Assembly: GCA_038087875.1 (NCBI GenBank)
Contig: CM075991.1
Coordinates: 7,876,001 to 7,940,000, forward strand
Reading direction: 5' to 3'
From: Malacoraja senta
Lineage: Eukaryota
DNA: 64,000 nt
Part shown: piece after piece, positions 13,022-25,726 of the stretch
How positions within the stretch are numbered: the first letter of the stretch is position 1
Layout of the letters: the number at the start of each line of letters is the position of its first letter
The notes under the pieces: model-generated
Database searches by the model: none
Told to the model about the DNA's origin: nothing
The model's input: only the letters and a program-made list of their open reading frames with translations
Program-made: the position numbers and the translations under genes

Positions 13022-13539
13022 TAAGTTTAGGTATATGTGTATTATTGTCATATGTACCGAGCTAGAGTGAAAAGCCTTGTTTTGCATGGCTTCCAATCGA
13101 ATCAGATATACTGTACATAACGACACTCGAGCTAAACTCAAGTACAATAGATAGAGCAAAGGGAAAGGTACTTTGTGCAGAATATAGTTCTCAGCATTGT
13201 AACACACCACCCCTGGGCCTTCTAAACCACCCATCATTAGCTCTCTGAGGTAATATTGGTGTTCTGTTTTAGTTTGTTCTGAGCAGCCCATTCTTCTGCA
13301 AGTTAGAGGAAGCAAGTTCAGATGATGGTATAAAAATGTGGGCCCAATATTCCAGGCTGAAGCCCCAGCTCCGAATGTGTAAGGTTAGATGTATATTGGG
13401 TGTGAACTGTGTGGAATAATACACTGAATGAAATGTGCCATGTATAGAGTCATACAGCATGGAAACGGGCCCTTCGCCCGAACTTGCCCACACCGACCAA
13501 TCCCACCTGGCCGCGTGCGTTTGGCCCGTATAGGGTTAT

Positions 13540-13740
13540 TCATAGGAAGGAACTGCAGATGCCGGTTTACACCGAAGATAGACACGGAATGCTGGAGTAA
13601 CTCAGCGGGGCAGGCGGCATCTCTGGAGAGAAGGAATGGGCGATGTTTCAGGTCGAGACCCTTCTTCAGTCTCACGTCACCCTTCCTTCCCTCCAGAGAC
13701 GCTGACAGTCCCGCTGAGTTACTCCTACATTTTGTGTCTA
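13540..13740. mobile_element. inverted Penelope pLTR pair
   Basis: aggaaggaactgcagatgc...cccttcttcagtc, then the forward arm. Confidence 0.75.
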
Positions 13741-14834
13741 ACGCTAGGGTCATGCGTGTGGTGGTCTGTGCCAGTGTCGGGTGTGGCGTGAATTGGGATG
13801 TGCCGTGGGCGAGATCGGCACATGGTGGGCGTGCTTTGTGAGGTTGGACTCAAAATGCTGGAGTAACTCAGCGGGACATCTGGTAGGATGCTTCAATCGT
13901 GGGGTAATGGGCAAGATGGCATTGCCATGTGTAGGCTAATGAACACTATTAATCATTCGTGTGTTAGGTGCTGAGCTTGGAAACTGAACGTCCTTGAGAA
14001 GAGTTACAACAACATTTATCTTTCAAACTTGGAGATAGAGTCAGTCTCTGCAGCGGATGGCAGTTGTCGATGTGGACAGCTGGCGGCAATGGCGGAGATA
14101 TTCTTCTGAATTAATCACGTTGATTTGTGTGCGTGGATCCTGTGCATAGATGGGGAATAGCACACATCAATAATGTCCTGGCTTTAACGCAAGTTTAACG
14201 TCCACCCTGAGCCTTGCTCCCATCTTCCCAATGACTGAAGTCTATGTTTCACGGCTGTCTTTGTCGACGAGAGAGCACGTATCAGCAGAGGGACTGTCCT
14301 AAACCGAGCGATGGATGCAGGGAAGCGGAGATAAATACCGAGCCAAAGCAAGTGCCATCTTGTTGCAAGACCTACCTGAATGGAGCTGCTCTAAATGCCG
14401 TCCAAGGTCACTTGTTAAAGCTGGCAGTGAACCGGTTAAATGGGAGGTTGTTGAATATTTGCAGCACAATGCGGACGACTTTTTTTTGTTGCTAAATACT
14501 AAACTTTGCTTTAGTGAGATTACGGATTCAATAAGCGAGCAGCTTGGCTCTACCTCCAGCAGTGACTCATCTTCTGAGTTTGTCAAATGGTGCATTTAAT
14601 TTGTATTCTGTACCTGCTGGGTCAATGGGCACAGGTGCCCCCTACCGGTCACCGAAGTGGGAGTGGAGAGAGAACCATCTGTTCTCCATGTTCTGCGTCC
14701 CCTTTGTCCAAGTATTTCTTTGTCAGTTGTAGGTTGGTCTAGCTCTCGAAGGCAACCAGCACGTAATCCAGATGGATGTAGAGTGTGTCTGCATCGTCCA
14801 GGAATCCAGTGCTGAATCAGATGGTCAACGCTTG

Positions 14835-15545
14835 GTTGGCGCAGCGGTAGAGTTGCTGCCTTACAGCGCCAGAGACCTGGGTTCGATCCTGACTACGGGT
14901 GCTGTCTGTATGGAGTTTGTACGTTCTCCCCGTGACCTGCGTGGGTTTGCTCTGGGATCTCCGGTTTCCTCCCACACTCCAAAGACATACAGGTTTGTAG
15001 GCTAATTGGCTTGGTATAATTGTAAATTGTCCCTAGCCTAGTGTGTGTAGGACAGCGTTAGTGTGCAGGGATCGCTGGCCGGCGCGGATACGGTGGGCCG
15101 AAGGGGCTGGGTCCGTGCTGTATCTCTAATCTAAACTAACCTGCATTTAGTTAGGGAGTTGGCCAGGTGCATAAATAGGGAGCGTTTCTAGTTAATGAAA
15201 GTCAAACGTCTCAGCCATATCTGGGCAATCATTATCAGAGGTTTAGTTTAGAGATATCAGGCCCTTCAGCCCACCGAGTTCGCCCTGACCAGTTAACACC
15301 CGCACGTTAACACTACCAGGGACAATTTACAATTTTTCCAAGGCAACTAACTCTATGTTTCTATGTTAACTCATAAACCTGTACGTCTTTGGTGTGTGGG
15401 AGGAAACTGGACCTCCTGAGGAAAACACATGTAGGTCACAGGGAGAACATACAAACTTTGTACAGACAGCACCCGTAGTCAGGATTGAACCCGGGTCTCT
15501 GGCGCTGTAAGGCAGCAACTCTACCACTGCACCACCATACCGCCT
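14835..15545. mobile_element. two SINEs tail-to-tail (14835-15140 +, 15240-15545 -)
   Basis: both show the tRNA head, core and (ctaaa)n tail. Confidence 0.85.
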
Positions 15546-15676
15546 GCGGTGTGAGGACTGAGGTTGGACTGGTGATGGACTGTTTATTATGGATTATTCA
15601 AATGTGCATTTGAGGTCTGTTCCGTGTTGGGGAACAGACCTCATCCCGTTTTCAAGCACAACAGCCGGGAAACTAT

Positions 15677-16078
15677 TTAAGAAGGAACTGCAGATGCTGG
15701 AAAATCAAAGGTAGACAAAAATACTGGAGAAACTCAGCGGGTGCGGCAGCATCTGTGGAGCGAAGGAAATAGGCAACGTTTCGGGCCGAAACCCTTCTTC
15801 AGACTGATGCAGGGTTGGGGGAGGGAAGCAGAAAGGAAGAGGTGGAGCCAGAGGGCTGAGGGAGAGCTGAGAAGGGGAGGAGAAAGTAAGGATTACCTGA
15901 AATTAGAGAAGTTAATGTTCATACTGCTGGGGGGGGGGGGAACTGCCCAAGAGGAATATGAGGTGCTGCTCCTCCAGTTTCTGGTGGTCCTCACTCTGGC
16001 CGTGGAGGAGGCCCAGGACAGAAAGGTCGGATTCGGAATGGGAGGGGGAGTTGAAGTGCTGAGTCACCGGGAGATCAC
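15677..16078 (-). mobile_element. Penelope-like element 3' end: GIY-YIG C-terminus, 3' UTR and hammerhead
   Basis: DLPVTQHFNSPSHSESDLSVLGLLHGQSEDHQKLEEQHLIF; minus ctgaagaagggtttcggcccgaaacgtt. Confidence 0.85.
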
Positions 16079-16084
16079 AATGAG

Positions 16085-16420
16085 AATGTTCAGTTCCGTT
16101 TCTTGTCACGTGTGCTGGGGTGCGGTGAAAAAGCTTTGCTACATGCTAACCAGTCAGCGGAAAGACTGTAGACATGATTACAATCGACCCATCCACTGTG
16201 TGCAGATGCATGACAAAAGGAATAACATTTAGTGCAAGATAAAGTCCAGTGAAGTCTGCTTAAAGATAGTCCGAGGGACGCCAATGAGGTAGATAGTTGC
16301 TCAGGACCGCTCTCTTGTTCTTGAAAGGATGATACAGTAGCCTGATAACAGCTGGGAGGAAACTGTCCCTGAATCTGGAGGTGTGCGCTTTCACACTTCT
16401 GTACCTCTTGCCCGATGGGA
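16085..16420 (-). mobile_element. Rex1/Babar-like LINE 3' end
   Basis: ctgataacagctgggaggaaactgtccctgaatctggaggtg matches the reverse of the 18650 region. Confidence 0.6.
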
Positions 16421-16434
16421 GAGGGGTCACAAAG

Positions 16435-16795
16435 AATAGTAGAATTAGACCATTTGGCCCATCAAGTCTACTCCACCATTCAATCGTGGCTGATCAGTCT
16501 CTCCCTCCTAACCCCATTCTCCTGCCTTCTCCCCATAACCTCTGACACCTGTACTAATCAAGAATCTGTCTGTCTCTGCCTGAAAAATATCCACTGGCCT
16601 CTGGGCAAAGAATTCCACAGATTCACCACCCCCTGGCTAAATAAATTCCTCCTCATCTCCTTCCTAAAAGAACGTCCTTCAATTCTGAGGCTATGACCTC
16701 TAGTCCTAGACTCTCCCACTAGTGGAAACATCCTCTCCACATCCACTCTATCCAAGCCTTTCACTATTCTGTATGTTTCAATGAGGTCCCCCCTC
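16435..16795 (-). mobile_element. CR1 LINE 3' end
   Basis: MKGLDRVDVERMFPLVGESRTRGHSLRIEGRSFRKEMRRNLFSQGVVNLWNSLP. Confidence 0.85.
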
Positions 16796-17134
16796 TACAC
16801 TGGTCGAGATACATCTACAAGTCTCTGCAGTTGCTTGTTGTCTGGGATTCGCTGTTTCCAACGCACGTTAATTTGCATCCCAACACTAGGCTTTGAACGC
16901 TGTGTCTGTCGAAGTTTAACTTCCGTCTTTAACCTCCCTTCATTCATCCTTGAACTGCATGACTCTGCCTGCAGCTAATCTCCATGGCAACCATGATCTC
17001 TCCCCAACATAGATATGCACTTCATCCCATTCTCTCTGTCCATCCATCCCCTGGTCTCTCCACAACTTAAAACTAACCTGTTTCCGTTCTATCCTGGTTC
17101 TGATGAGTGTTTAATGGACCTGAAGCATTTAGTC

Positions 17135-17405
17135 TTTAGATGTTAGAGATACGGCGTGCAAAGAGGCCTTTTGGTCTGCACCCGTACACTAGCACCATCT
17201 TACGCACTGGGGACAATTTACAAATTTACCTAAGCCAATTAACGTACAAACCTGCACGTCTTCGGAGTGTGGGAGGAAACCGGAGCACCTGGAGAAAACC
17301 CACGTGGTCACACGGAGAACGTACAGACTCCGTACAGCCAGCATCCGTAGTCAGGATCGAAGCCGGGTCTCTGGTGCTCTAAGGCAGCAATTCTACTACT
17401 GTGCC
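17135..17405 (-). mobile_element. HE1/V-SINE-like SINE
   Basis: reverse complement of SINE consensus. Confidence 0.75.
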
Positions 17406-17464
17406 ATCTGTAAAGTCTGTATCTCTCCTCTCAGATGCTGCCTGTCTTGCTGCCTGCTTTATTT

Positions 17465-17700
17465 CCAGGGCAGTATTGAATGTGTGCTGACTGTTGAAGG
17501 TGCCACCTTTGGAATGAGAAATTAAACACCATCTGCCATGCCGTGGCAGGGAGCCAAAGTAGCGGTCTTTTGGGTCGGACATTCAGCCAAGCTCTACTTT
17601 CCTCTCTCAGTGGGTTACAAGCAAGTCCGTGCCACAGTGTTTCACCGTCCTGGCCAATATTTATCTTTTATTCCACATCAATAAAACTGAATATCAAGGC
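17465..17700 (+). mobile_element. ancient DeuSINE (SacSINE/AmnSINE-like) remnant
   Basis: actgttgaaggtgccacctttggaatgagaaattaaac...gtcctggccaatatttatc. Confidence 0.5.
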
Positions 17701-17729
17701 ACCATCACCTAGCTGCATCTCCGGCATTA

Positions 17730-18200
17730 GTTTTCGAGGTGCAGCATGGAAACAGGCCCTTCAGCCCACCAGGTCCACGCTGACCACCGATCACCAGTTC
17801 ACACAAGTTCTAAGTTATCCCACCTTCACATCCACTCCCACCACACACGGGGGACAATTGATGTTTTTTTGGGGTGATGTTTAGGTCAATTGTTTTAATT
17901 TCAAAGGTGCAGCATAGAAACAGGACCTCCGGCACACCGAGTCCATGCAGACTCCATGTAGTTCTCCCGCACGCACCAGTTCTATGTCATCCCACTTTTG
18001 CGTCTGCTCCCTACACACCAGGGGCAATTTACAGCAGCCAATTAACCGGAAAACCAACATATCTTTGGGATGTGGGAGGAAACCCCACCCAGTCACAGGA
18101 AGAAGACACACACTTCACACAGACAGCGTCCAAGGTCAGGATCGAACCTGGGTCTCTGGTGCTGTGAGGCAACAGCTCTACCGGCTGTGTCATGGTGCCT
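17730..18200 (-). mobile_element. two tandem diverged SINE copies
   Basis: ggaaacaggcccttc / gtcaggatcgaacctgggtctctgg motifs. Confidence 0.7.
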
Positions 18201-18409
18201 CCCTCAATGTGTCATGGAAATGCAACTCTTATTTCTTCCTCCTTATCTCTTCCCTCCTTTACAACAATCGCAGATATCTTGATGGGGTGAAGACGGATCG
18301 CAGAGGCTAGATAGAAACAGCATTTTCTAGAGCACCACTGAGCAAAATTTGTATTATTATTTTTTAATTCTGAAAATTATACTCCCAGGGTAGCAGCATT
18401 TTAAGTTGG

Positions 18410-19140
18410 GTAGAAAGCAATTTATCGGGATGCATCACAGCACGGTTTGGGAACAGCTCCTTCCAAGACAGCCAGAAATTGCATAGAATTGTGGGCATAG
18501 CCCAGACCATCACACAAACCAACCTCCCTTCCATTGACTCAGTCTACACTGCCTCGGCAAGGCCAACGGCATCATCAAGGACCAGTCGCACTCCAGTGAC
18601 TCCCTCTTCTCCCCTCTTCCATCAGGCAAGAGGAACAGAAGTGTGAAAACGCACACACCTCCAGAATCAGCGTCAGTGTCTTCCCAGCTGCTATCAGGCA
18701 ACTGAACCATCATATCAACAACTAGAGATCGGTCCTGATCTACTATCTACCTCATTGGAGACCCTTGGGCTATCTTTGATCCAACTCTATCTTGCACTAT
18801 TCCCTTTATCCTGCATCTGTACACTCTGGATGACTCAATTATAATCATGTAGAATTTTTCTGCTTACTGCTTCGCATGCAACAAAAGCTTTTCATAAGGT
18901 CATAAGTGATAGGAGCAGAATTAGGCCATTCGGCCCATCAAGTCTACTCCGCCATTCAATCATGGCTGATCTATCTCTCCCTCCTATCCCCATTCTCCTG
19001 CCTTCTCACCATAACCCCTGACACCCGTACTAATCAAGAATCTATCCATCTCTGCCTTGAAAATATCCATTGACTCGGCCTCCACAGCCTTCCACGGGCA
19101 AACATTCACCACAGATTCACCAGCTCGGTGCAGGTGACAA
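18410..19140 (+). mobile_element. Rex1/Babar LINE 3' end with minus-strand CR1 tail inserted (18894-19100)
   Basis: ESNLSGCITARFGNSS motif; ataaggtcataag CR1 tail. Confidence 0.7.
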
Positions 19141-20079
19141 TAGACTAAACTAACGAAATTTAAACCATCACCAGACGAGACCAAAAGATGCAAAAGGCCC
19201 ATCTCCTTCTCTGGGAACCGCGCTGATTGACGGTGGTTAAATGGCAAAAGATCCGCGTGCTAAAATGTCAAGCCAGTTTCGTCAGCGCTTCCTGATGTGT
19301 TGGCGTTGCTCTAATAATTCACCACAATAAATCCAAAGAGACCTTAATGTGCCCGATGAACAAAAGGTCACCCTTTTGGCTGAATCTGGTGATTCCCCGA
19401 CTCCCTGTGGCTTCCTCCCAATCCAACGGCTGACTTATGTCTGACTAGTTGTCGCTGTTAACATGATGAAAGAGGATAGACGGCAAAACTGCAAAGCTTT
19501 CAAAAATGCATCTGACCAAAAGTGTCACATTTTTGTCTGCAGCCATTAACGAGATGAAGTGAGGCAGTTTTGCTCTTTGAAACGGTGGCCTGGAGCTATT
19601 AGTTCCATCCACACTCTCGCACTGTGGGCAAAATACACACACACACACACACACAGAGTCTAATAGAGAAGAGAACAACTTTAAAGACGGCTTCTAGTGG
19701 CAACGCTTCCCGACATGTTTAATTCAAGCCTGCAATGAGGCCGCTGCCAGATTCACATAATGATCACTTCACTCAAGTTTATAGTCGCACAGGGACGTTG
19801 ATTCAGGGGTTTTTGAATCTAAGAATTTACGGCGTTATAAACCAAGCTTGACAACCCAGATAACTTCTTGAACCCATGTCCATAGAATACCACTGGCTTG
19901 CGGTGACACGCACACGCCATTCTTTGCTCCAGTAAAACAATGGCCCTGGAGTTCTTCTGCAGCTTAAATGAGCGTTAAACTGCATGGGGACGAGAGCGGG
20001 AGCTCCAGCTTGTTTTCAGCCCTGTCGCCATTCACGTTTGCTTTAGACTTCACTTTAGAGATACGGCTTCAGGGATAAG

Positions 20080-20465
20080 GGCTTGGACACGCTAGAGGCA
20101 GGGAAACATGTTCCCGATGTTTGGGGGAGTCCAGAACCAGGGGCCACACACAGTTTAAGAATAAGGAGTAAGCCATTTAGAACGGTGACGAGGAAACACT
20201 TTTTCTCACAGAGAGTGGTGAGTCTGTGGAATTCTCTGCCTCAGAGGGCGGTGGAGGCAGGTTCTCTGGATGCTTTCAAGAGAGGTTCTCTGGATGCTTT
20301 CAAGAGAGAGCTAGATAGGGCTCTTAAAAATAGTAGAGTCGGGATATGGGGAGAAGGCAGGAATGGGGTACTGATTGGGGATGATCAGCCATGATCACAT
20401 TGAATGGTGGTGCTGGCTCGAAGGGCCGAATGGCCTACTCCTGCACCTATTGTCTATTGTCTATT
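20080..20465 (+). mobile_element. CR1 LINE 3' end
   Basis: HSLRIRSKPFRTVTRKHFFSQRVVSLWNSLPQRAVEAGSLDAFK; (ctattgt)n tail. Confidence 0.85.
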
Positions 20466-21052
20466 GGCATGGAAACAGGCCCTTCGGCCCACCGAGTCCA
20501 TGCCGACCAGCCATCTCTAACCTGCGTACACTAGGGACAATTTTACACCTTATCGAAGCCAATTAACCCACAAATCTGCACGTCTTTGGAATGTGGGAGC
20601 ACCCGAACAGATCACCTCCAGATCCAGCGACCATTTCTTCCCAGCTGTTGTCAGGCTATGGAACTGGAGACCTGTCCTGAGCTACTATCAACATAATAGG
20701 AGACCATCGGACTATCGTTGATCCAACTTTATCTTGCACTATTCCCTTTATCCTGCATCTGTACACTGTGAACGGCTCGATTGTAATCATGTACGGTCTT
20801 TCTGCTGAATGCTTCGCATGCAACACAAGCTTTTCATAAGGTCATAAGTGATTGGAGCAAAATTAGGCCATTCGGCTCACCAAGTCTACTCCGCCATTCA
20901 ATCATGGCTGATCTATCTCTCCCTCCCAACCCCATTCTCCCGTAAACCCACGCGGCTATTAGGAAGAACATACAAACTCCTAATTGCTCGATTTGCTGAC
21001 GGGATCAGTGATTGACTATACCGCATGGGGCAATTGTCACTGCTGGGATGCT

Positions 21053-21184
21053 TCTTCTTGCGTATGGCGTGCACAGCCTAAAGTTGTAAGACAACTTGTT
21101 CTGTTTGATCTTGCTTGTGCACGCCAGGTTGATTGCAGTCGTCGAAATAGGGTGGACCACGTGAAGGTTGCAATCTCCCACCCC
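21053..21184 (-). mobile_element. ribozyme-headed mini-SINE, copy 1 (core partly mutated)
   Basis: TSD tgctgggatgct/tgctgtgatgct; (AAG)n tail; HDV-like head at 21131-21184. Confidence 0.8.
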
Positions 21185-21299
21185 TGCTGTGATGCTGAGT
21201 TCCTTGCATGTACCTCAGCATGACACGGTTCATCAAGTCCCTGACTCACGACTCCAAAGACCAGAGTTCAACCTTGATCTCAACTGCTCCTCTCCCCTA

Positions 21300-22290
21300 A
21301 TGTTTCCACTAGTGGGAGAGTCTAGAACTAGAGGTCATAGCCTCAGAATTAAAGGACGTTCTTTTAGGAAGGAGATGAGGAGGAATTTATTTCGTCGGAG
21401 GCAGGTGAATCTGTGGAATTCTTTGCCACAGAAGGTTGTGGAGACCAAGTCAGTGGATATTTTGAAGGCAGGAGAATGGGGTTAGGATATTATATAGATG
21501 GATTCTTGATCAGTACGGGTGTCAGGGGTTACGGGGAGAAGGGCAGGAGAATGGGGTTAGGAGGGAGAGATAGTTCAGCCATGATTGAATGGCAGAGTAG
21601 ACTTGACAAGCTAAATGGCCCAATTCTGCTCCTATCACTTAAGATCTTATGATCTCAGTCCATCAGACAGACCAGACTCCCCACCATCTACTTCATCTAC
21701 ACTTCAAACTGCTTTGACAAAACAGGCAGCATAATCAAGTTGTATGTTGACGTGGTCATTCCCTCTTCTCCCCTCTCGTTAGGTATTTTTAAGGCGGAGT
21801 TTGACAGATACTAGGTGTCAGGGGTTATGGGGAGAAGGCAGGAGAATGGGGTTGAGAGGGAAAAGATAGATCAGCCATGATAGAATGGCGGAGTAGACGA
21901 TGGGCCGAATGGCCTAATTCTGCTCCTATCACTTGTGAACCTTTTTGCTAAATGAAACAATTAAATACTAGAGGGCAGAGCTTTAAGGTGAGGGGTGAAA
22001 AAATTAAAGATGTGCGTGGCAACTTTTTTACACAGAGGCTGGTGATCGCATGAAAAGCGCTGGAAGGGTTGGTAATTGATGCAGATAATATAGTGGCATT
22101 TAAGAGACTTTTAGATAGGCATATTGATATCTGGTTTCCTCCCACACTCTACAAATGTATGGAGACATCCAGAGGGGATAGAGGGATGGATATGAATTAT
22201 GTGCCGATAGATAATTGATGCTCTTGGCATCATGTGCAGCAAAGACCTTGTGGGCCGAAGGGCCTGTTCTTGTGCTGTACTGTTCTGTGT
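21300..22290 (+). mobile_element. cluster of CR1/HER1 3' fragments with a Rex1 fragment
   Basis: MFPLVGESRTRGHSLRIKGRSF...; repeated gggccgaatggcct tails. Confidence 0.75.
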
Positions 22291-22949
22291 TCTAAATGTA
22301 GTAGGTAGAGCGAAGAGAATCATACTGAGCGCAGATAACAGTTCTCAGCGTTGAGGCGAATCAGTCCCGGAGACAACATCCATGATGACAACGTTTGTCG
22401 TTCGCAGTAGGTTGGGGAATCGCGACTGTGCCCGAGCTGATTGGAAGGAGTGTCCAGAAGCCTGATAACAGAGGGGAAGAAGCTGTTTCTGAATGTGGGG
22501 ACGCACCGTGGGAGGTGGAGGAGAAGGTGGTCCTGCTGTCTGCAAGCTGAGAGTGTGTTCACACAAAGGAGAATGGGGCTCACAAAATGATACAGTACTG
22601 TGCACAAGTTCATCGTGTGGGAACAAGCATTTATTCAGGAAGTGAGTGTTTGCTGCATTCAACTTGTCAATGATCAGAGAAACTGTCTCTCCTGCTTTTA
22701 AACCTCACACAATTTTGATCTTGCAGAGTCTAAAGTTGGTGCCGTATACAGGCGAGATGCTCCACAGAAAATAATTGCTAAATAAATAAAGCAACAAATA
22801 TTAACGAGTCCACTAATCTGTGTTTAGTTTATACAGCGTGGCAACAGACTCTTCGCCCATCATGTCCATGCTGATATCATCAGCCATTCATGCTAGTTCT
22901 ATGTTAACCCACTTTCTCATCCACTCCTTACACACCAGGGACAATTAAT

Positions 22950-23175
22950 CTCTGACGAAGGGTCTGGACATGAGATGTCACCTCCCCATGTTCTCCAGAG
23001 ATGCTGCCTGACCTGCTGAGTTACATCAGCACTTTGTGAAGTCGGAAGAAGGGTCTCGACCCAAAACGTCAACCTACCCATATTCTCCAGAGATGCTGCC
23101 TGACCTGCTGAGTTCTCCCCCAGCACTTTGTGTCCTTTTTTGCATCAAACGGCATCTGCAGTTATTTGTTTCAAC
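22950..23175 (+). mobile_element. tandem Penelope pLTR units
   Basis: two direct copies of gaagggtctc...gagatgctgcctgacctgctgagtt. Confidence 0.75.
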
Positions 23176-23180
23176 GCTTA

Positions 23181-23500
23181 AGGGCCTGTCCCACTGTACG
23201 AGCTAATTCAAGAACTCTCCCGAGTTTTAAAAAAAAATCAAACTCATGGTTAGCACGTAGAATGTACGTAGCGGGTACGTCGGAGCTCGGGGACGTCTCT
23301 TAGCGGCTCGTAACGCTAACGGCAGGTACTCGGGAAACGCGGTAAGCTCGTGAAGACTCGTGAAGATTTTTTCAACATGTTGAAAAATGTCCACGAAAGC
23401 CCCGAGTACCTACGAGCGGCCATTACCGTAATTCTCCGAATTCGAATCAGGGCAAACTTGGGAGAACTCTTGAATTAGTTCGTACAGTGGGACAGCCCCT
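23181..23500. mobile_element. Harbinger-like MITE, subfamily II
   Basis: ~40-bp TIR agggcctgtcccactgtacgagctaattcaagaactctcc; TTA TSD. Confidence 0.85.
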
Positions 23501-25152
23501 TTATGAGAAGTATACTGAAGCCGAAAGCAGGCACGACTAAACAGTAAGAAGTTGCCACTTCTAAACATAGCCACCAGTAAATCTAGCAGCCTGTTCCCAG
23601 GCTCCAGGGAGCTTTCCTGATGCTTTATAATCAAAAGTTTTGCAAACATCAATAAATATTCTCCCTCGGGTAACAGGCTGTGTGAAAGCCATCAGATTTG
23701 TTCCTTCATAATTATTTTTGGCGTGATTAAATCGTAATATAAAAGCAATTAAGCTGAGAGAAGCGATCATTGTTAATGGCCACCAGGTGTTTAACTTTGG
23801 TATTATTTATGTTTTGCCCATGAGAAGAATAGGTTTTCATTCTCTGCTCTTTCCTGGTGGCCGATCAAATGCCCCTGGGATCAGTCCTAAAAACTTTAAG
23901 TTTTAGCTCATAAGGTCATGAGTGATAGGAGTGGAATTAGGCCATTCGGCCCATCAAGTCTACTCTGCCATTCAATCATGGCTGATCTATCTCTCCCTCC
24001 TAACCCCAATCTCCCGCCTTCTCCCCATCACCTCTGACTCCTGTACTAATCAAGAACCTGTCTATTTCTACCTTAAAAATATAATGTTTTAAAATATGAT
24101 GGAGAACCAGAAGGATTTGATGCAGGTAGGAACATCTGTTTAGCTCCTATTATTTTCTAAATAGGTGGAAGATTTATAACCCACGGGCTTCTGTCAGTAT
24201 AATGGTCACCTTTGTGGGAATGTTAAGCAATTCTGTCCTTACGTCCACTCCACCATTCAATTAGATCGCAGTTGAGTTGGCCAAAAGTCAGATTGTCCCC
24301 TTAGACTCTAATTCCTTGGCACATTTCAAGACGTGGACAGGCGACATTTCCAGTCGGGACCTTCCTTTTGGAAATTAAACCTTGCTCACTTGCACTCGCG
24401 GCAACCATAGCAGTGATTAGTATGGGTGTCAAGGGTTATGGGGAGAAGGCAGTAGATTGGGGTTAGGAGGGAGAGATAGATTAGCTATTATTGAATGGTG
24501 GACTAGACCTGATGGGCCAAATGGTCTAATTCTGCTCCTATCACTTATGACCTTATGACCAAACCAGGTAGAAATTAGAAACAAGGAATTGCCAATGCTG
24601 GTTTACGAAAAAAGACACAAAGTGCTGGAGTAACTCACTGGGTCAGGCAGCATCTCTGGAGAACATGGATAGGCAATATTTCAGATTGAGACCCACTCAA
24701 CTGGTCAGGGGGCATCTCTGGAGAACATGGATAGGCGATATTTTGGGTTGGGACTCATTCACCATATATCTGGAGAAGTTCAGTAGAAGACACGTCGGCT
24801 TATCAAATCTCCTCATCCTTCTAAGGAAGTAGAGGCATTGTTGAAACAGGACATCTGTTGAACTGCAGATGCTGGTTTATACAAAAGGGCGCAGAGTGCT
24901 GGAGCAAATCAGCGGGTCAGGCAGCATCTCTGGAGAACATGGATGGGCAATGTTTCAGGTTGGGACCCTTCTTCTAGAAATGAATTGTTGCTCGCTTGCA
25001 CTCATGGCTACGGCAGCAGTGGTCTATACCATGGCCCAACCTTCTCCCTTCCTGCCCCCACTATCATTATCTTGCAAGGGTCACCATTGACTAGAAAATG
25101 ACCTGAACCAACCACTACAATACTATGGTTAGAAGACTAATTAAGAGCTGGC

Positions 25153-25285
25153 TGTGTAGGTTGGAGCTGCAGATGCTGGTTTAAACCGAAGATAGACACA
25201 AAAAGCTGGAGTAACAGCGGGGCAGGCAGCATCTCTGGAGAGAAGGAATGGGTGACGTTTCGGGTCGAGACCCTTCTTCAGACTG
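25153..25285 (-). mobile_element. Penelope pLTR with intact hammerhead core
   Basis: minus gtctgaagaagggtctcgacccgaaacgtcaccc. Confidence 0.8.
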
Positions 25286-25726
25286 CTTATCCAAGATATG
25301 CTATTAAGAGCTGGTTATTCTTTCATCAGTGACTCATCCTGTGATCTCCAAAGTCTTTCCATCGCGTACAAAGCCCAGGAGCTAGATGAAACGCTCTCCA
25401 GTTGTCTGAATGAGTGCAGTTGACAAGAACACTGGGAATTAGACGTAGGATCTGACTGTTCATCCCCGAAAGCCTGCACTGCTTGTCAATATGATTGCGG
25501 CTTATCAAACAATTCTCAAGAAGTTTGCTGCTGTTCTAGACAAAGTAGCCTTCTATGTGGCACCCATCGACTGCTCTAACCAATCACGCTTACACTGGTA
25601 TGCAGTGAGTGCAACGTACTGTATACCGTTTGCAGGCATTGCAGTGACTGCAATGTATACCAGGCCTATGACTAGTGGTGTGACTCAGGGAACGATGCTA
25701 GGTTCCGTGGTGTTTGGTATCTACAT

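Noticed and set aside
14244..14800. Overlapping ORFs in unique sequence
   Set aside because: No recognisable domain or convincing splice boundaries.
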